DNA of 64,000 bases from positions 1 to 64,000 of the forward strand of contig JBKBRF010000002.1 of NCBI GenBank assembly GCA_046292385.1, in the 5' to 3' direction. This document shows, piece by piece, positions 9,838 to 20,700 of this stretch. The DNA comes from Armatimonadota bacterium. GTDB lineage: Bacteria; Armatimonadota; SYMT01. The position numbers and the translations under genes are program-made. The notes beneath the pieces were generated by a model. The model was not told where the DNA came from. It made no database searches and was given only the letters and a program-made list of their open reading frames with translations. Every line of letters starts with the position of its first letter. Within the stretch, counting starts at the first letter, position 1.

Positions 9838-10154
9838 CCCGTACCCCAGCTTCGCGCGCGAGCGGACAGAGGGTTAGACACCTCCGGGCCCCGCCGGTTG
9901 TAGCCGTTTTACGGCCCGCCGTTGAGGCCGCCTCTCCCCGCTGCGAACGATTAGGGCTAATTAATCGGACCCGCGAGGGAAGCCGTGGGATTATTGCATT
10001 ATCGTGATCACCAGGCCTGCAGGATTACCTTGCGGCCCCACGGTTGCCCGTCTCGCGGGCGTGGTCTCGTGATCCTCCCACCGGGATTCCGGACGGTAGG
10101 CCCTACGCCGCCAGGGATCCCGCGCGAAGTCCCGGCGACGGAGTTCCGCGTTCG

Positions 10155-11579
10155 ATGCAACCCCATCAGCTAAGCACCGCTCTGCCCACAGAGACGGCAT
10201 CGCAGCCCGGCGGCAGCAGTTCCGGAGCCGAGTCGCTCGCCGGGGGCGCGTCCTCTTCGCCGGCAACCGGGCAGGGGCTACCGGTCATCATCGGCGCCGG
10301 ATTTAGCGGGACCGTGACCAGCATCATGCTCTCCCGGCGCGGAGTTCCGCACCTCCTCATCGGCGCCCCGCCCAACGCCGCGCCCCGGCTGGGGGAGTCG
10401 CTGAACCTGGAAGGATCGGTGAGCGTGCTGGAGTTGCTCCCGGAGTTCTCTCAGTACTTCCTGGTCAAGAAACTGGCGGTCGGCTTCCTCGGCGACTACG
10501 CACTGACCTGCGACTTCTGCCTGGCCCGCCGCAAGTACGCTCGGAGCTTCATGAAGGCGCTCGGGTACGTCCCGCCCGGAGGCTTTCTACACCTGGAGCG
10601 CATCGGGCTGGACCGGGCGCTCTACGACTCCGCGGTCGCATCGCCGCACTGCACGGCGTTGGACGCCCAGGTCACATCGATCGATTTTGATCCCGGCACC
10701 GATCGAGTGCGGGGGGTCCGACTGAGCGACGGTCGCGTTCTGGAGCCGTGCTACGCCTTCGATGCCACGAACCAGGGGCGGGTGCTGGGCCAGGCCGCCT
10801 CCGTGGAGTGCCGGATGCTCAGCGATCTCCACCGGGTCGTGTACGCGCACTATCACTCGGACCGGGAGCCGGATCAGGCGCAGGAGACGTGGGAGCACGC
10901 CACTTACGTAGTACGTCTCCAGGAGCAGGTCGATGGCGTGGACGCCATGGCGTGGTGTATACCGCTCGGCTCCTATGTCTCCATCGGCGTCAGCTGCAAT
11001 CCGGAGCGCTGCACCTGGTCCGACGAGGAAGTATTGGAGCTGGTAGAGCGCGCCTATGCTCGGCGCGGTCTACGGTACACCGACGAGTTCCACCGGCGAC
11101 CGCACGTGATGTCGCTCCGGCACCGGTACTTCGCACACCGTCGAGCCTACGGCGCCAACTGGATGCTCTCCGGCCCCGCTTACTGCCAGGTCTGGTGGAC
11201 CTCCGGGTCCGGCGTGGGCACGGCGCTCGCGTCGGCGCGCGTGGCGGCGGACGCGATCCGCTCACCACTCACCGTGGGGCGCGCCTACGAGAACTACATC
11301 AAGGAGCTGCTCGGCATCCACGAAACGTTCGACTGGTTCGCGAGGACGGATCCGGAGCAGTTCACGGAGCAGAACCTGTCCGATCAGTCCGATCTCTTCA
11401 TCCGGACGAACGTGCGAAGGCTGGCGAAGGCCACGCTCACGCGCCCCAGCAGGGTCGGGGCGGTGTTGGGCGGCCTCTTCTTTCGGCTGAAGGGCGACTC
11501 GCTCATCCGCGGGTACTGCGACGTACGGCGCTGCGAGCTGGAGAGCCAGACCCGGTTGGTGCTCGGTGAGGCGGCGTAG
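10155..11579 (+). CDS. FAD-dependent oxidoreductase, flavin halogenase/geranylgeranyl reductase-like, divergent
   Basis: IIGAGFSG Rossmann motif, RLGESL, FDATNQ, AMAWCIPL (WxWxIP-like), SGPA..TSGSGVGTAL (variant of GDA..DP..SSGV); start uncertain. Confidence 0.72.
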   Translation: MQPHQLSTALPTETASQPGGSSSGAESLAGGASSSPATGQGLPVIIGAGFSGTVTSIMLSRRGVPHLLIGAPPNAAPRLGESLNLEGSVSVLELLPEFSQYFLVKKLAVGFLGDYALTCDFCLARRKYARSFMKALGYVPPGGFLHLERIGLDRALYDSAVASPHCTALDAQVTSIDFDPGTDRVRGVRLSDGRVLEPCYAFDATNQGRVLGQAASVECRMLSDLHRVVYAHYHSDREPDQAQETWEHATYVVRLQEQVDGVDAMAWCIPLGSYVSIGVSCNPERCTWSDEEVLELVERAYARRGLRYTDEFHRRPHVMSLRHRYFAHRRAYGANWMLSGPAYCQVWWTSGSGVGTALASARVAADAIRSPLTVGRAYENYIKELLGIHETFDWFARTDPEQFTEQNLSDQSDLFIRTNVRRLAKATLTRPSRVGAVLGGLFFRLKGDSLIRGYCDVRRCELESQTRLVLGEAA

Positions 11580-11611
11580 CGAGGTCAAGAGTGGCGGACA
11601 TAGGGGTAGCT

Positions 11612-12142
11612 ATGGAAGAAGCGGGTAAGACAACGATTTCCCAGCTGCTGGGGATCCTGGCGGGCAAGACCCCGATCTCTCGCGGCGCGGAGCTCATCGC
11701 GCACGATGTGGTGATCCACATGGACGGTCACACGTTCTATGGGATCAACACTTGGGCTACCTGGCTCCACTACATCCGCACGCGGAACCGGGTAACCGAT
11801 CTGAGCGTCGAGCTCGACCGTATGGTCACTCACAGCGACGGCACGATCACGGCCCGGGGCCGCTGGAAAGGCCGGCAGCGGGGGGAGGAGATCTTCTCCA
11901 GCGAGGTGGCTGCCCGCTACCGGGTGGTGGACGGACGTGTCGTGGAGATCTGGACCACGCGGAGCAACTACGTCTTCATGGTCGGCCCGCTCATGCAGAC
12001 GCGCCCCGGACACTGGCTGATCATGCTGCACGTTTACTTCTGGGGAAAGCAAGCTAGCGGACCGGACCTCCAGGCTATCCCGGCGAGCTTAGCCGGCTCT
12101 TCACCGTCACTGAATACCTGCGACGAATCCCCTGGGGTCTAG
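11612..12142 (+). CDS. SnoaL/NTF2-like protein, paralog 1
   Basis: IAHDVVIHMDG, ITARGRWKG, RYRVVDGRVVEIW fit the NTF2 pattern; ATG 11612 aligns with the paralog start. Confidence 0.75.
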   Translation: MEEAGKTTISQLLGILAGKTPISRGAELIAHDVVIHMDGHTFYGINTWATWLHYIRTRNRVTDLSVELDRMVTHSDGTITARGRWKGRQRGEEIFSSEVAARYRVVDGRVVEIWTTRSNYVFMVGPLMQTRPGHWLIMLHVYFWGKQASGPDLQAIPASLAGSSPSLNTCDESPGV

Positions 12143-12263
12143 GGACCGTAAACCCGGTGTCCCGACGGCCCTGCCAGCGGCGAAGTGGGGAGGCGCGCCG
12201 GGGCCGGGGTGACTTCGTGTCGTTCTGCGCGAACGCGGGCCGGCGACGGGAGACGGAGGAGCT

Positions 12264-12773
12264 ATGGAGGACGCGGGACAGACCACGGTTGCCCGGTTGA
12301 TCGAGATCCTGGCGGGGAGGGCCCCGATCTCCCAGGCTCCGGAAATCATAGCGCCGGACGTGGTGAGCCACATGGACGGGTTTACGTTCGGTGGGTTCCG
12401 TGCCTGGGCGAACTGGCTCTCCTACGTCCGGACGCATAGCCGGGTAGGGGCCCCGGACCTGGTGACCGACCGCCTGGTCGCCAACGAGGATGGGACGATC
12501 ACCGCCTATGGCCGGTGGAAGGGCTGCCGGGACGGAGCGCCGGCGCTCTCCGGGGAAGTCTGGGCGCGCTACCGGGTGGTGGGCGGACGGATCGAGGAGA
12601 TCTGGACCACGCGGACCAACTACGTCTTCGTCCTCGGCCCAATCATGGAGTCTCGCCTCGGCCTGCTCGTGGTGATGCTGCGGGTCTTCTGCTGGAGCCG
12701 GCTCGCCGGCAAGCGAGACTCCCACCCCGAGCCGGCGGCGTCGGGAGGAGCCGGGGACAGGCTCGGCTCCTGA
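12264..12773 (+). CDS. SnoaL/NTF2-like protein, paralog 2
   Basis: Colinear paralog of 11612..12142 (MEDAGQTT vs MEEAGKTT; EIWTTRxNYVF); GGAGAG RBS. Confidence 0.75.
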   Translation: MEDAGQTTVARLIEILAGRAPISQAPEIIAPDVVSHMDGFTFGGFRAWANWLSYVRTHSRVGAPDLVTDRLVANEDGTITAYGRWKGCRDGAPALSGEVWARYRVVGGRIEEIWTTRTNYVFVLGPIMESRLGLLVVMLRVFCWSRLAGKRDSHPEPAASGGAGDRLGS

Positions 12774-12815
12774 GGGACGTCCGGCGGGAGCGGTCCGTAC
12801 CTCCCGGCCGCAGCA

Positions 12816-15149
12816 TCATTCCCGCCCGGCACGGACTGCCCGCACGCTCACCGGCACGTGCTTGTGGTAGGGCGTGCGCGCCAGCGGATCGCAGTGCTCC
12901 GTCGCCGTCAGGCGGTTGATCTGCGGGCCGAGCGGAGTGCTGCCCGCGTAGCGCATCCCGTAACCGTGCGGCAGCGTCACCATCCCCGGACGCAGCGCCT
13001 CGTCGATCTGAATCGTCACCTCGATCTCGCCAGTGTCCGAGGCGCAGACGGCGCGCGAGCCCTCTGCCAGACCGCGCGCCCGGGCGTCGTCCGGATGCAT
13101 GCGCAGCGCTCCGTCCGGATCGGTCTTCCTCCACGCGGGATCGCGGTAGATCTGGTTCGCATTGTAGCTGCGCCGCTCGCCCGCGAGCAGCACCAGATCG
13201 TGGGAGTGGCTCGCCGGCGCACTCTCCAGCTCGTCGCGGAGTGCCTCGACCGCGCGGAGCATCTCCGGAATGGCGAGGTGGATACGCCGATCCGGGTGAC
13301 CAAGGAACGACCAGGTGTCTGCGAATTCATGGCGCGTGACGAGCGTGCCCTCCGGACGGTCGAGAATCGCCTGGAACAGAGACCTCCCGAGCGTCAACGG
13401 ATTCCCTCCCCGATGCCCCGCCCTCCTGACGGCGGCGGGCTCCCGTCGCGCCAGCTCGATGGCCAGGGCCAGCAGCGGCACCGCCGCCGCGGGCGAGGGG
13501 CACGCCGTGGAGGCCGTGCCTTCCGCCGCGGGCGCGCGGGCGCTCACCAGGGCGGGTCCGAGGGTCCGGTACGCAATCGAAGCGGCGAACGGCACGAGGC
13601 GCGGCTGGAGCGCGAGCCTGGCTCCGAGTGCCGCCAGGAAGGCGAGGGGCCGCGTCGACCTTGGCTCCGCCGCGGCGAGCCGCTCCAATACCGGGAAGGC
13701 GGCCGGGATCTCGCCCATCGCCGCCAGGAGCCGCGAGTAGATCTCGGGCTCGGGCAGCGCCTCCGCGCGCGGCGGGAAGATCGGGTGTCGCAGGTGGAAC
13801 GCGTTGTCCGGGAACTCGAGGTTGAAGCCGGTGCACTCCCACTTCTCGTACTGCGAGGCGGCGGGCAGCACGTAGTGGGCGAGCCGCGCCGTCTCGGTCA
13901 TCGCCACGTCCACCACGACCAGCAGCTCGAGCTTCGCGAAGGCGCGCTCGTAGGCGCCGGTATTGGCCCCGGTAAGGACCGGGTTCGCGCTGTCGACGAA
14001 CAGCGCCCGCAGCCGGTCGTCGAGATCGTTGTCGATCTCGTCCGGCAGAAGGTTCGGCGGATAGAAGCCGGCGATCGGGTGCATGCGGTGACGGGCGGTC
14101 CGCGCGTCGTGGTACCGGGGGTCGCGCTCGTCGGTGTGCCCCAGGAGCGGGAGAAAGAAGGAGTGGAAGTTGTGGCCGCCCCGCTTCCCAAAGTGCCCCG
14201 TCAGGAGGAAGAGCAGCTTTTCGAGATAGGAGTTGAGCGTGCTGTGCAGGCTCTGCTGCAGCCCCAGGTCAACGCGGACACAGGCAGTGCGGGCCTTCGC
14301 GAAGGCGTGGGTGACCCGCTCCACTTCCGCTAGGGGCACGTCCGCGCGCCGGACGAACGCCTCGATCGGCACTGTGCGGAGCGTGGTCTCGACCTCGGCG
14401 AAGCCGGAGCAGCGCTCGGCGAGAAACGCACGGTCGCACAGCCCGTCGCGCAGGAGAATCGCCAGCATCGCCGCCAGCAGAAACGCATCCGTCCCGGGAC
14501 GCAGCTGCAGGTGAGAGTCGGCCAGGAGCGCCGTCTCGGTGCGGCGCGGGTCGACCACCACCATCGTGCGGGCGGCGTCGTTCTTCAGCGCGCGCAGGGT
14601 GTCGCGAGCATTCGGGATGCCGTGCGCCTGAAACGGGTTGGTCCCGATGAAGAGCACCACCTCCGCGTGCTCCACGTCTTCCGTGAGGTGGCAGCGCTGA
14701 TCGCCGAAGAGGCGCCCGTTGACCCAGAAGTCGCCGGTCTTCTCCTGCGCCAGGGCGCTGTAGACAAACGGGCTCCCCATCGCCCGCCGGAGCTGGCGGC
14801 TGTAGGCGGCGCCGAGATGGTTACCCTGTCCGCCCCCGCCGTAAAAGGCGAACGCGCGCCCGCCGTGCCGCCGCCGGATCTCGAGGAGGCGAGCAGCGAT
14901 CTCCGCCAGCGCTTCCTCCCACCCCACGCGCACGAAGCTCCCGTCCGGCTCTCGCCGCAGGGGGTGCTCCAGCCGGTCCACGTGCTCCTGGTAAAAGGAG
15001 AGTCGCGCCGCCTTCTGGCACACGTAGCCCTTCGACACCGGATGCGCGGGATCGCCCCGGACGCTCGCGATGCGGGCTTTGTCCTCGATCTCGACGCGCA
15101 GTCCACAATTGCGTGAGCACAGGATGCAGGCAGTCTGCTCGGTGGTCAT
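12816..15149 (-). CDS. Molybdopterin-dependent oxidoreductase (DMSO reductase superfamily, 4Fe-4S)
   Basis: CILCSRNCG..GYVCQK, VVVDPRRTETA, RPGTDA, VLPAASQYEK, C-terminal MHPDDARARGL..LPHGYG; ATG 15149. Confidence 0.92.
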   Translation of the reverse strand: MTTEQTACILCSRNCGLRVEIEDKARIASVRGDPAHPVSKGYVCQKAARLSFYQEHVDRLEHPLRREPDGSFVRVGWEEALAEIAARLLEIRRRHGGRAFAFYGGGGQGNHLGAAYSRQLRRAMGSPFVYSALAQEKTGDFWVNGRLFGDQRCHLTEDVEHAEVVLFIGTNPFQAHGIPNARDTLRALKNDAARTMVVVDPRRTETALLADSHLQLRPGTDAFLLAAMLAILLRDGLCDRAFLAERCSGFAEVETTLRTVPIEAFVRRADVPLAEVERVTHAFAKARTACVRVDLGLQQSLHSTLNSYLEKLLFLLTGHFGKRGGHNFHSFFLPLLGHTDERDPRYHDARTARHRMHPIAGFYPPNLLPDEIDNDLDDRLRALFVDSANPVLTGANTGAYERAFAKLELLVVVDVAMTETARLAHYVLPAASQYEKWECTGFNLEFPDNAFHLRHPIFPPRAEALPEPEIYSRLLAAMGEIPAAFPVLERLAAAEPRSTRPLAFLAALGARLALQPRLVPFAASIAYRTLGPALVSARAPAAEGTASTACPSPAAAVPLLALAIELARREPAAVRRAGHRGGNPLTLGRSLFQAILDRPEGTLVTRHEFADTWSFLGHPDRRIHLAIPEMLRAVEALRDELESAPASHSHDLVLLAGERRSYNANQIYRDPAWRKTDPDGALRMHPDDARARGLAEGSRAVCASDTGEIEVTIQIDEALRPGMVTLPHGYGMRYAGSTPLGPQINRLTATEHCDPLARTPYHKHVPVSVRAVRAGRE

Positions 15150-15649
15150 GGCTCGCTGCTTCCGGCCCTGAAGGTGGGCCGCGGACTGATATCCTACCAC
15201 GCGGCGCACCGGCTAGGCGCGGCCGGCGGAACGCCGCGCCCGGAGATTGTTTCCCCGGTCGCCTCCCTCGCGGACACCCTGCGCGGAGGCGCCTGGTTGA
15301 GCAAGGCCGGCAGACGAGAGCGATGCGGCGAGAGTAAGGGGTAGGCCGTTCAGCCGTCTGGCTGCAGGGCCAGGAAACGCTTCCGTCCGAAGCTCTCTGC
15401 AGCAAACGTCCGCAGCCGGGTGCGGATGGCCACAAAAGTCTCCGGGAAATGGCTCCCATGATGGCGCTTTGCCGGCGCCGCCGGGATCTCCCAGCCTGCC
15501 TGCGCCAGAGGTGCATCTGCCGGGCACGGGAGTGGCAGCTCTCCGCCGCTTACCGTTGCCATGCCTCCGTCACGCTGACCGTACCGTGTGCGGATCTGCG
15601 CTTCGAGCTCGGGACGCCGCCCACCGGCGGCCCCGACGTTGTCCACACC

Positions 15650-16315
15650 CCGCGGCATCAAGGACGTGAGCCCGGTGGCGCGACGCTGGCGGCTCGACTG
15701 CCCCAAGCACCCGAACGCAAACGTAAGCCTCGGCTTCGGGCTGAAGCTCCCCACCGGAAACTACGATGCACGCGATTCCTTCCGGGACATGGCCGGCAAT
15801 CGCGCGGCGCGCTACCTGGACATCTCCAGCCAGCCGCGCGACGGCGGAGTCGGCCTGATCTGCAACTTCCAGGCGTTCCACCAGATGAACGACTCCACGC
15901 TGTTCGCCTCCGGCACCTACCTGGCCAATCCACGGAATGCCAACGGCACGCCCTCGCTGATCGTCGGCCTGATGAGCGCCGGCGCTCCTCCCGGAGCACG
16001 GGTGAGCTCCGGGCGGGACCAGTACGTGCTGCTCGGCGGCGTCATCGTGCCGATCAGCGCAAAGCGGGGACTTTCCCAGAGCCTGGCTGGTAGGTTGGAG
16101 GGCATCCGGACCGACGATCTCTTCGGCGACAGTGACGGCGTCCGGTCCGCCGGCTACGCCGTCTCGATCGAGCCGACAGCTTCTCCGTGAGCGTGCCGGT
16201 GCGCGTCCATGGCAAGATCCAGGACATCGACACCACGCCCGGGCCAGACATGGGCACGCTCTCGCCCTACTCCGTGATCGTTACTTACTCCCACCGCTTC
16301 GGCGCGGGCCGTTAG
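15650..16315 (+). pseudogene. Truncated, frameshifted outer-membrane beta-barrel (MetA-pathway/phenol-degradation transporter-like)
   Basis: LGFGLKLPTGNYD, QPRDGGVG, LFASGTYLANP, GYAVSIEP; frame changes near 16175 to SFSVSVPVRV...VTYSHRF; no 5' half or signal peptide. Confidence 0.65.
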
Positions 16316-16589
16316 AGCTTTCCCCCGCTCTCGCCGCGGCGGGAGCCCGTCTGCCGTCTCCGGCGTGACGGCTTCCGCCAGGCGGTAGTCATCCTCATCA
16401 AGAAGGAACTCAGATGTCAGGTATTCCGATCCTTCACAGTCCCCTGCACCCGGCTTCAGCCGCCGCTCCTTCCTTCGCGACGCCCTCCTCAGCCCGATGG
16501 CGCTCGATCTCTCCACGGCGGGCGCCGACCTGCTGCTGCGGGGAGCGCCCGCCGGCGCGGCGTCGAAAGGCCGCAAGAAAAAGCTCCGG

Positions 16590-16960
16590 AATCTGGAGCT
16601 GAACGCCGGCCGCTGGCAGACGTGGCTCACGCCTTCCGCCGCCAGGCCCCTCCCCCGCCGCCGCCCCGTCCCGGCTCTGCGGCGACCCGCAATAAGCTGC
16701 GGGAACTGCTGAGCCTGCAAGGTCAGCGGAGTGAGAGCATCCGGGCGCTGGTCGATCACTGGGACGAACAGGGCGGGCTCCGGGCGTGGACCTACCTGTA
16801 TCTGGGGCAGACCGTCTCCTTCGCAGCGGCGGAGCAGGCGAAGGACTCCCGCCTCTACGGCGGCATCCACTACCCGATCGACAACGACCGGGGCCTCGAG
16901 TGCGGCCAGCACATCGCCGAGATGGTGATCGCCCGCGCCATGGCGGACGGCGCCCGCTAA
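16590..16960 (+). pseudogene. Remnant of a vanadium haloperoxidase/PAP2-family gene
   Basis: NAGRWQTW and PPPPP N-terminal motifs in different frames, joined to C-terminal SRLYGGIHYPIDNDRG; the central active-site region is missing. Confidence 0.7.
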
Positions 16961-17040
16961 CGAGCGGGGCAGGTAGAGCTGCTGTGCTCACCCGCTCCCA
17001 ACCGGAGGAGCGGGTGAGCACGCGGTTTGGTCACCGGCGA

Positions 17041-17502
17041 CTAACCGGGACGACGCCAAAACTGCCACCAGGGCCGCCGAGATGGTTCTGACCTGGAAGC
17101 GAGTCCATGTAAGCGTTCTAGCTGCAGCAGCTTGTATTCGTTCGAGCCCCAGAGGCCTGGCTCGAGGTCGAGATACACCTGGGTGTCCCATCCATCCACC
17201 ACCAGGCGCGATACCCAGGAGAAGACTCCGGTGACGCGGTGGAGGCCACGATTTGACTCAGCCTGCAACTCGAACGGTAGGGAGATGGAGACTCGTCTCA
17301 CTTCGACGCTTCCGCGGTCCTGTGGGCCGCCTGCCACAAAAGCGGGCTCGGTTAGTACTCGGATCTCCTGAATGGACGTGCTCGGGATCTGGGCGCGCAG
17401 CATCTTCTCGATTTCCGCTCGAATTACCTGGGCCGGGTGACTGCCAAGCCAGGTAGTCCAGAGCTCCATCTGGGCGTCCAGAGGGCTGAAGTCGTCTTGC
17501 AT
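17041..17502 (-). CDS. Hypothetical protein with C-terminal RPWWQFW tail
   Basis: ORF of atypical composition ending SRRPWWQFWRRPG; ATG 17502 plausible. Confidence 0.6.
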   Translation of the reverse strand: MQDDFSPLDAQMELWTTWLGSHPAQVIRAEIEKMLRAQIPSTSIQEIRVLTEPAFVAGGPQDRGSVEVRRVSISLPFELQAESNRGLHRVTGVFSWVSRLVVDGWDTQVYLDLEPGLWGSNEYKLLQLERLHGLASRSEPSRRPWWQFWRRPG

Positions 17503-17724
17503 GGATGTGGGGCTCCAGAGCCTACAGGAAGCGCACTCGCTCCGTAGTCGGCTGCGGCTGGATCGCTCTACCGGCCGACACAGAGAGCTTCTGCTTGCCT
17601 GCCGGTCAGCACCTCCCCCCGGCCCCGATACGATCCTGTCTTCCGCGAGCCGACGCGGGTGCGTGAGGAGGGCACGACCGCCCGTCCCCTGAACCACTGA
17701 GCGGGGCCAGGAAATGGCACCCGA

Positions 17725-20700
17725 ATGCAGCAGCGGGGTGCCATGGAGCCTGGCGGCGTAGGAGACGTAGAAGAACGGAGCCTGGCCCTACCCCCGGCGG
17801 AGCGGCGCTGCGGCGACTGCGGCGCCTTCCTGCCAGGGCTCTGGCGCTTCTGCGGCTACTGCGGCGTCCGCCTGCTGCGCGACTGTGCCGGCTGCGGGGG
17901 GCTGAGCCCGCTCGACTTCCGCTTCTGCGGCCACTGCGGCACTCCCCTGGGCGAGAGCGCCGCGCTCCCCGCGCCCGCGCCTCCCGGGGCGGCCTCCCGG
18001 TCCGAGGAGCGGCGGCGGGCGACGATCCTCTTCGCCGACCTGACCGGCAGCACCGCCCTCACCGAAGCGATCGGCACGGAGAGCGCCTACCGCGTCGTCT
18101 CGCGCTGCCTGGACGGGCTCGGCCGGCTCGTCACGGAGGCGGGCGGCTACGTGGTGAAGACGCTGGGCGACGGTCTGATGGCGCTCTTCGGCGCGCCGGT
18201 GGCGCACGGCGACGACCCGCAGCGGGCCGCGACGGCCGCCCTGCGGATGCAGGAGTGGATGGAGACGTTCGCGACGGAGGTCCGGGAGCAGCACGGCCTG
18301 CCGCTGCGGCTGCGCGTGGGGATCAACTACGGGAGCGTGGTCGCCGCCCCGCTGTCCGCCGCCGGGCGGGCGCAGTACGACGTCCTGGGCGACGCCGTCA
18401 ACGTGGCGCAGCGACTGGAGGCCGCCGCGGAGCCGGGGACGGTTTGCGCCAGCCGCTCGTTCTACGAGCTCACGCGCGGCCGGTTCGAGTTCGAAGACCG
18501 CGGCTCCGCCCGGGTGAAGGGGAAGTCGGAGGCGCTCCGCCTCTACCGGCTGCTCCGCGCCCGTCCCCGGGAGGCGGAGCCGCTGCCGGAGCTGCCGCTG
18601 GTGGGGCGAGACGCGGAGCTGGAGGCGATCCGGGCACAGCTCCGCCGGGTACAGGGCGGCGGCCGGGGTCTCGCGGTGCTGGAGGGCCCCGCCGGGATCG
18701 GAAAGAGCCGGCTGCTCGACGAGGTGGCCCGGGAGCTGGCGGAGCTCGGCGTGCCGGCCCTCCGCGCCTCCGGCGAGGAGTCGTCCGCGCCGTTCGCGCT
18801 CTGGCGGCGCTGGATCCTGGAGCAGACGCCGGTCGAGCCGGAGATGCCGGCCGCAGCCGCGGCGGAGGCGCTGCGGAGCCTCCTGCCGGAGGGCGACGCC
18901 GCCTGGGCGCCGTGGCTGGCGGCGCTGGCGATCGACCCCGGCGCGCTCGCCTCACTCGAGCCGGAGGCGCGGGAAGCGGTGCTGCGGGAGGCGCTGCACG
19001 CGTTCGTCCGCTTCCGGCAGGCCGGCGGACCGGCGGCGCTGCTGATCGACGAAGCCGGCGCCCTCGACGGCGCTACCCTCGCCTCCCTGCTCCGGCTCTC
19101 GGAGGCGGTGCCGGGCCTCCTGCTGCTCCTGGCCGCCCGGCACGCCTCCCAGCTCCGGGCCGCGGAGGGGTCGCTGCCGACCACGCTGCGCCTGGGCCCC
19201 CTCCCTGCCGACGCCGCCGGGGCGCTGGTGGAGCGGGCGCTTCCGGAGGTGTCGCTGCCGCCGGAGCTGCGCGACGCGGTGCTCGCCCGCGCCGGCGGCA
19301 GCCCGCTCCTCCTCGACCTAACCCTCCGCGCCGCCCGAACGGCCGCGGACCCGCTGGAGGCGCTGCGGTTGGTGCCGGACGACGCCTACGGTCTGGTCCG
19401 CGCGGAGCTGGACACTCTCTCGCCGGGTGAGCGCGCCGCCGCGGACGCCGCGGCGGTCCTGGGCCGCAGCTTCGAGGAGGACTGGCTGGCGCAGCTCGAC
19501 CCGGCGATGCTGGCGGCAGTCCCGCGGCTGGAGGGCCGCTCCGTGCTGGTGGAGCAGAACCCGCCGCCCCGGCGGGAGCTGGCGTTCCGCCTCGGCGCGG
19601 TGCAGGAGGTGCTCTACGAGGGGCTCCTCTCGGATACTCGCCGCGCCACCCACGCCCGCGCCGCCGCGGTGCTCTCCGCGCGAGCCGAGGCCCGCCCGGA
19701 GCTGGCGGCCCGCGCCGCGTGGCACTGGCGCGCCGCGGAGGCGTGGGAGCCGGCGCTGCGGTGGACCCTCCGCGCGGCGGAGCAGGCCGCGTCGCTCTTC
19801 GCGCAGGAGGAGGCGCGGGCGCTCTTCGGGCACGCGCGGGAGATCGCCCACCGGCTGGAGCACCCGCGGGAAGCGGCGCGCTGCGAGCTGGAGATCGGCA
19901 ACCTGGAGGCGCACGCGGCGCGCTTCCCGGAGGCGCAGGCGCGCTACGCCGAGGCGGAGCGGGCCCTCGACGGCACCGGGCCGGAGGCGGAGCTGCCGCT
20001 GGCGCGGGTGCTGCTGGCGCGGGCGCGCCTGCTCGCCCGCACGGGGGAGACCGCCGCGGCGGTGCCGCACCTAGACCGCGCGCTCGCGCTGCTGCAGGCG
20101 TGCGACGACCCCGAGGTGCGGCGGGAGCGGGTCCACGCCCTGGTGGAGCGCGCCCACGAGTGCTCCGAGCTGGGCGAGCTGGACACGGCGCAGGCGGCCG
20201 CCCGGGACGCGCTGCAGGAAGCGGAAGCCTCCGGCTGGGGCCCGGAGGAGGTCGCCGCCCGCTCCGCCCTCGGCCGGATCTGCACCCTCCAGGGCGCCTG
20301 GCCCGCCGCCGAACGCGAGCTGAGCTCCGCCGCGCGGCTCTCCGAGGAGCTCTCCGACTGGCCCGGCGCCTCCGCCTGCTGGACCAACCTCGGCGCGGCG
20401 CTGAAGTCATCCGGCCGCTGGGACGAGGCGGCGCGGGCGCTCGACCGCGCCCATGAGCTGGCGGAGCGCACCGGCGAGCGGGAGAAGGCGGCGATCATCC
20501 GCCTCAACCTCGGCACGCTCCACCTGAGCCGCGGCGACTGGCCCCAGGCGGAGACCGCTTTCCGTGAAGCGCTGGCGCGGTTCCGGGAGATGGGGCACGG
20601 CCTCGGAACCGCCGCCGCGCTCTTCAACCTGGCGGAGTGCTGCTACTGGTCGGGGGCCTCTGCCCGGGCGGCGGCCCTACTACCGGAAGCCGAGACCGCC

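Noticed and set aside
15150..15500. Moco riboswitch upstream of the Mo-oxidoreductase
   Set aside because: I could not find the characteristic conserved elements on the minus strand
17714..17730. Sigma54 promoters (TGGCAC..GC here and near 29550)
   Set aside because: GG-to-GC spacing is 9 nt rather than the required 10
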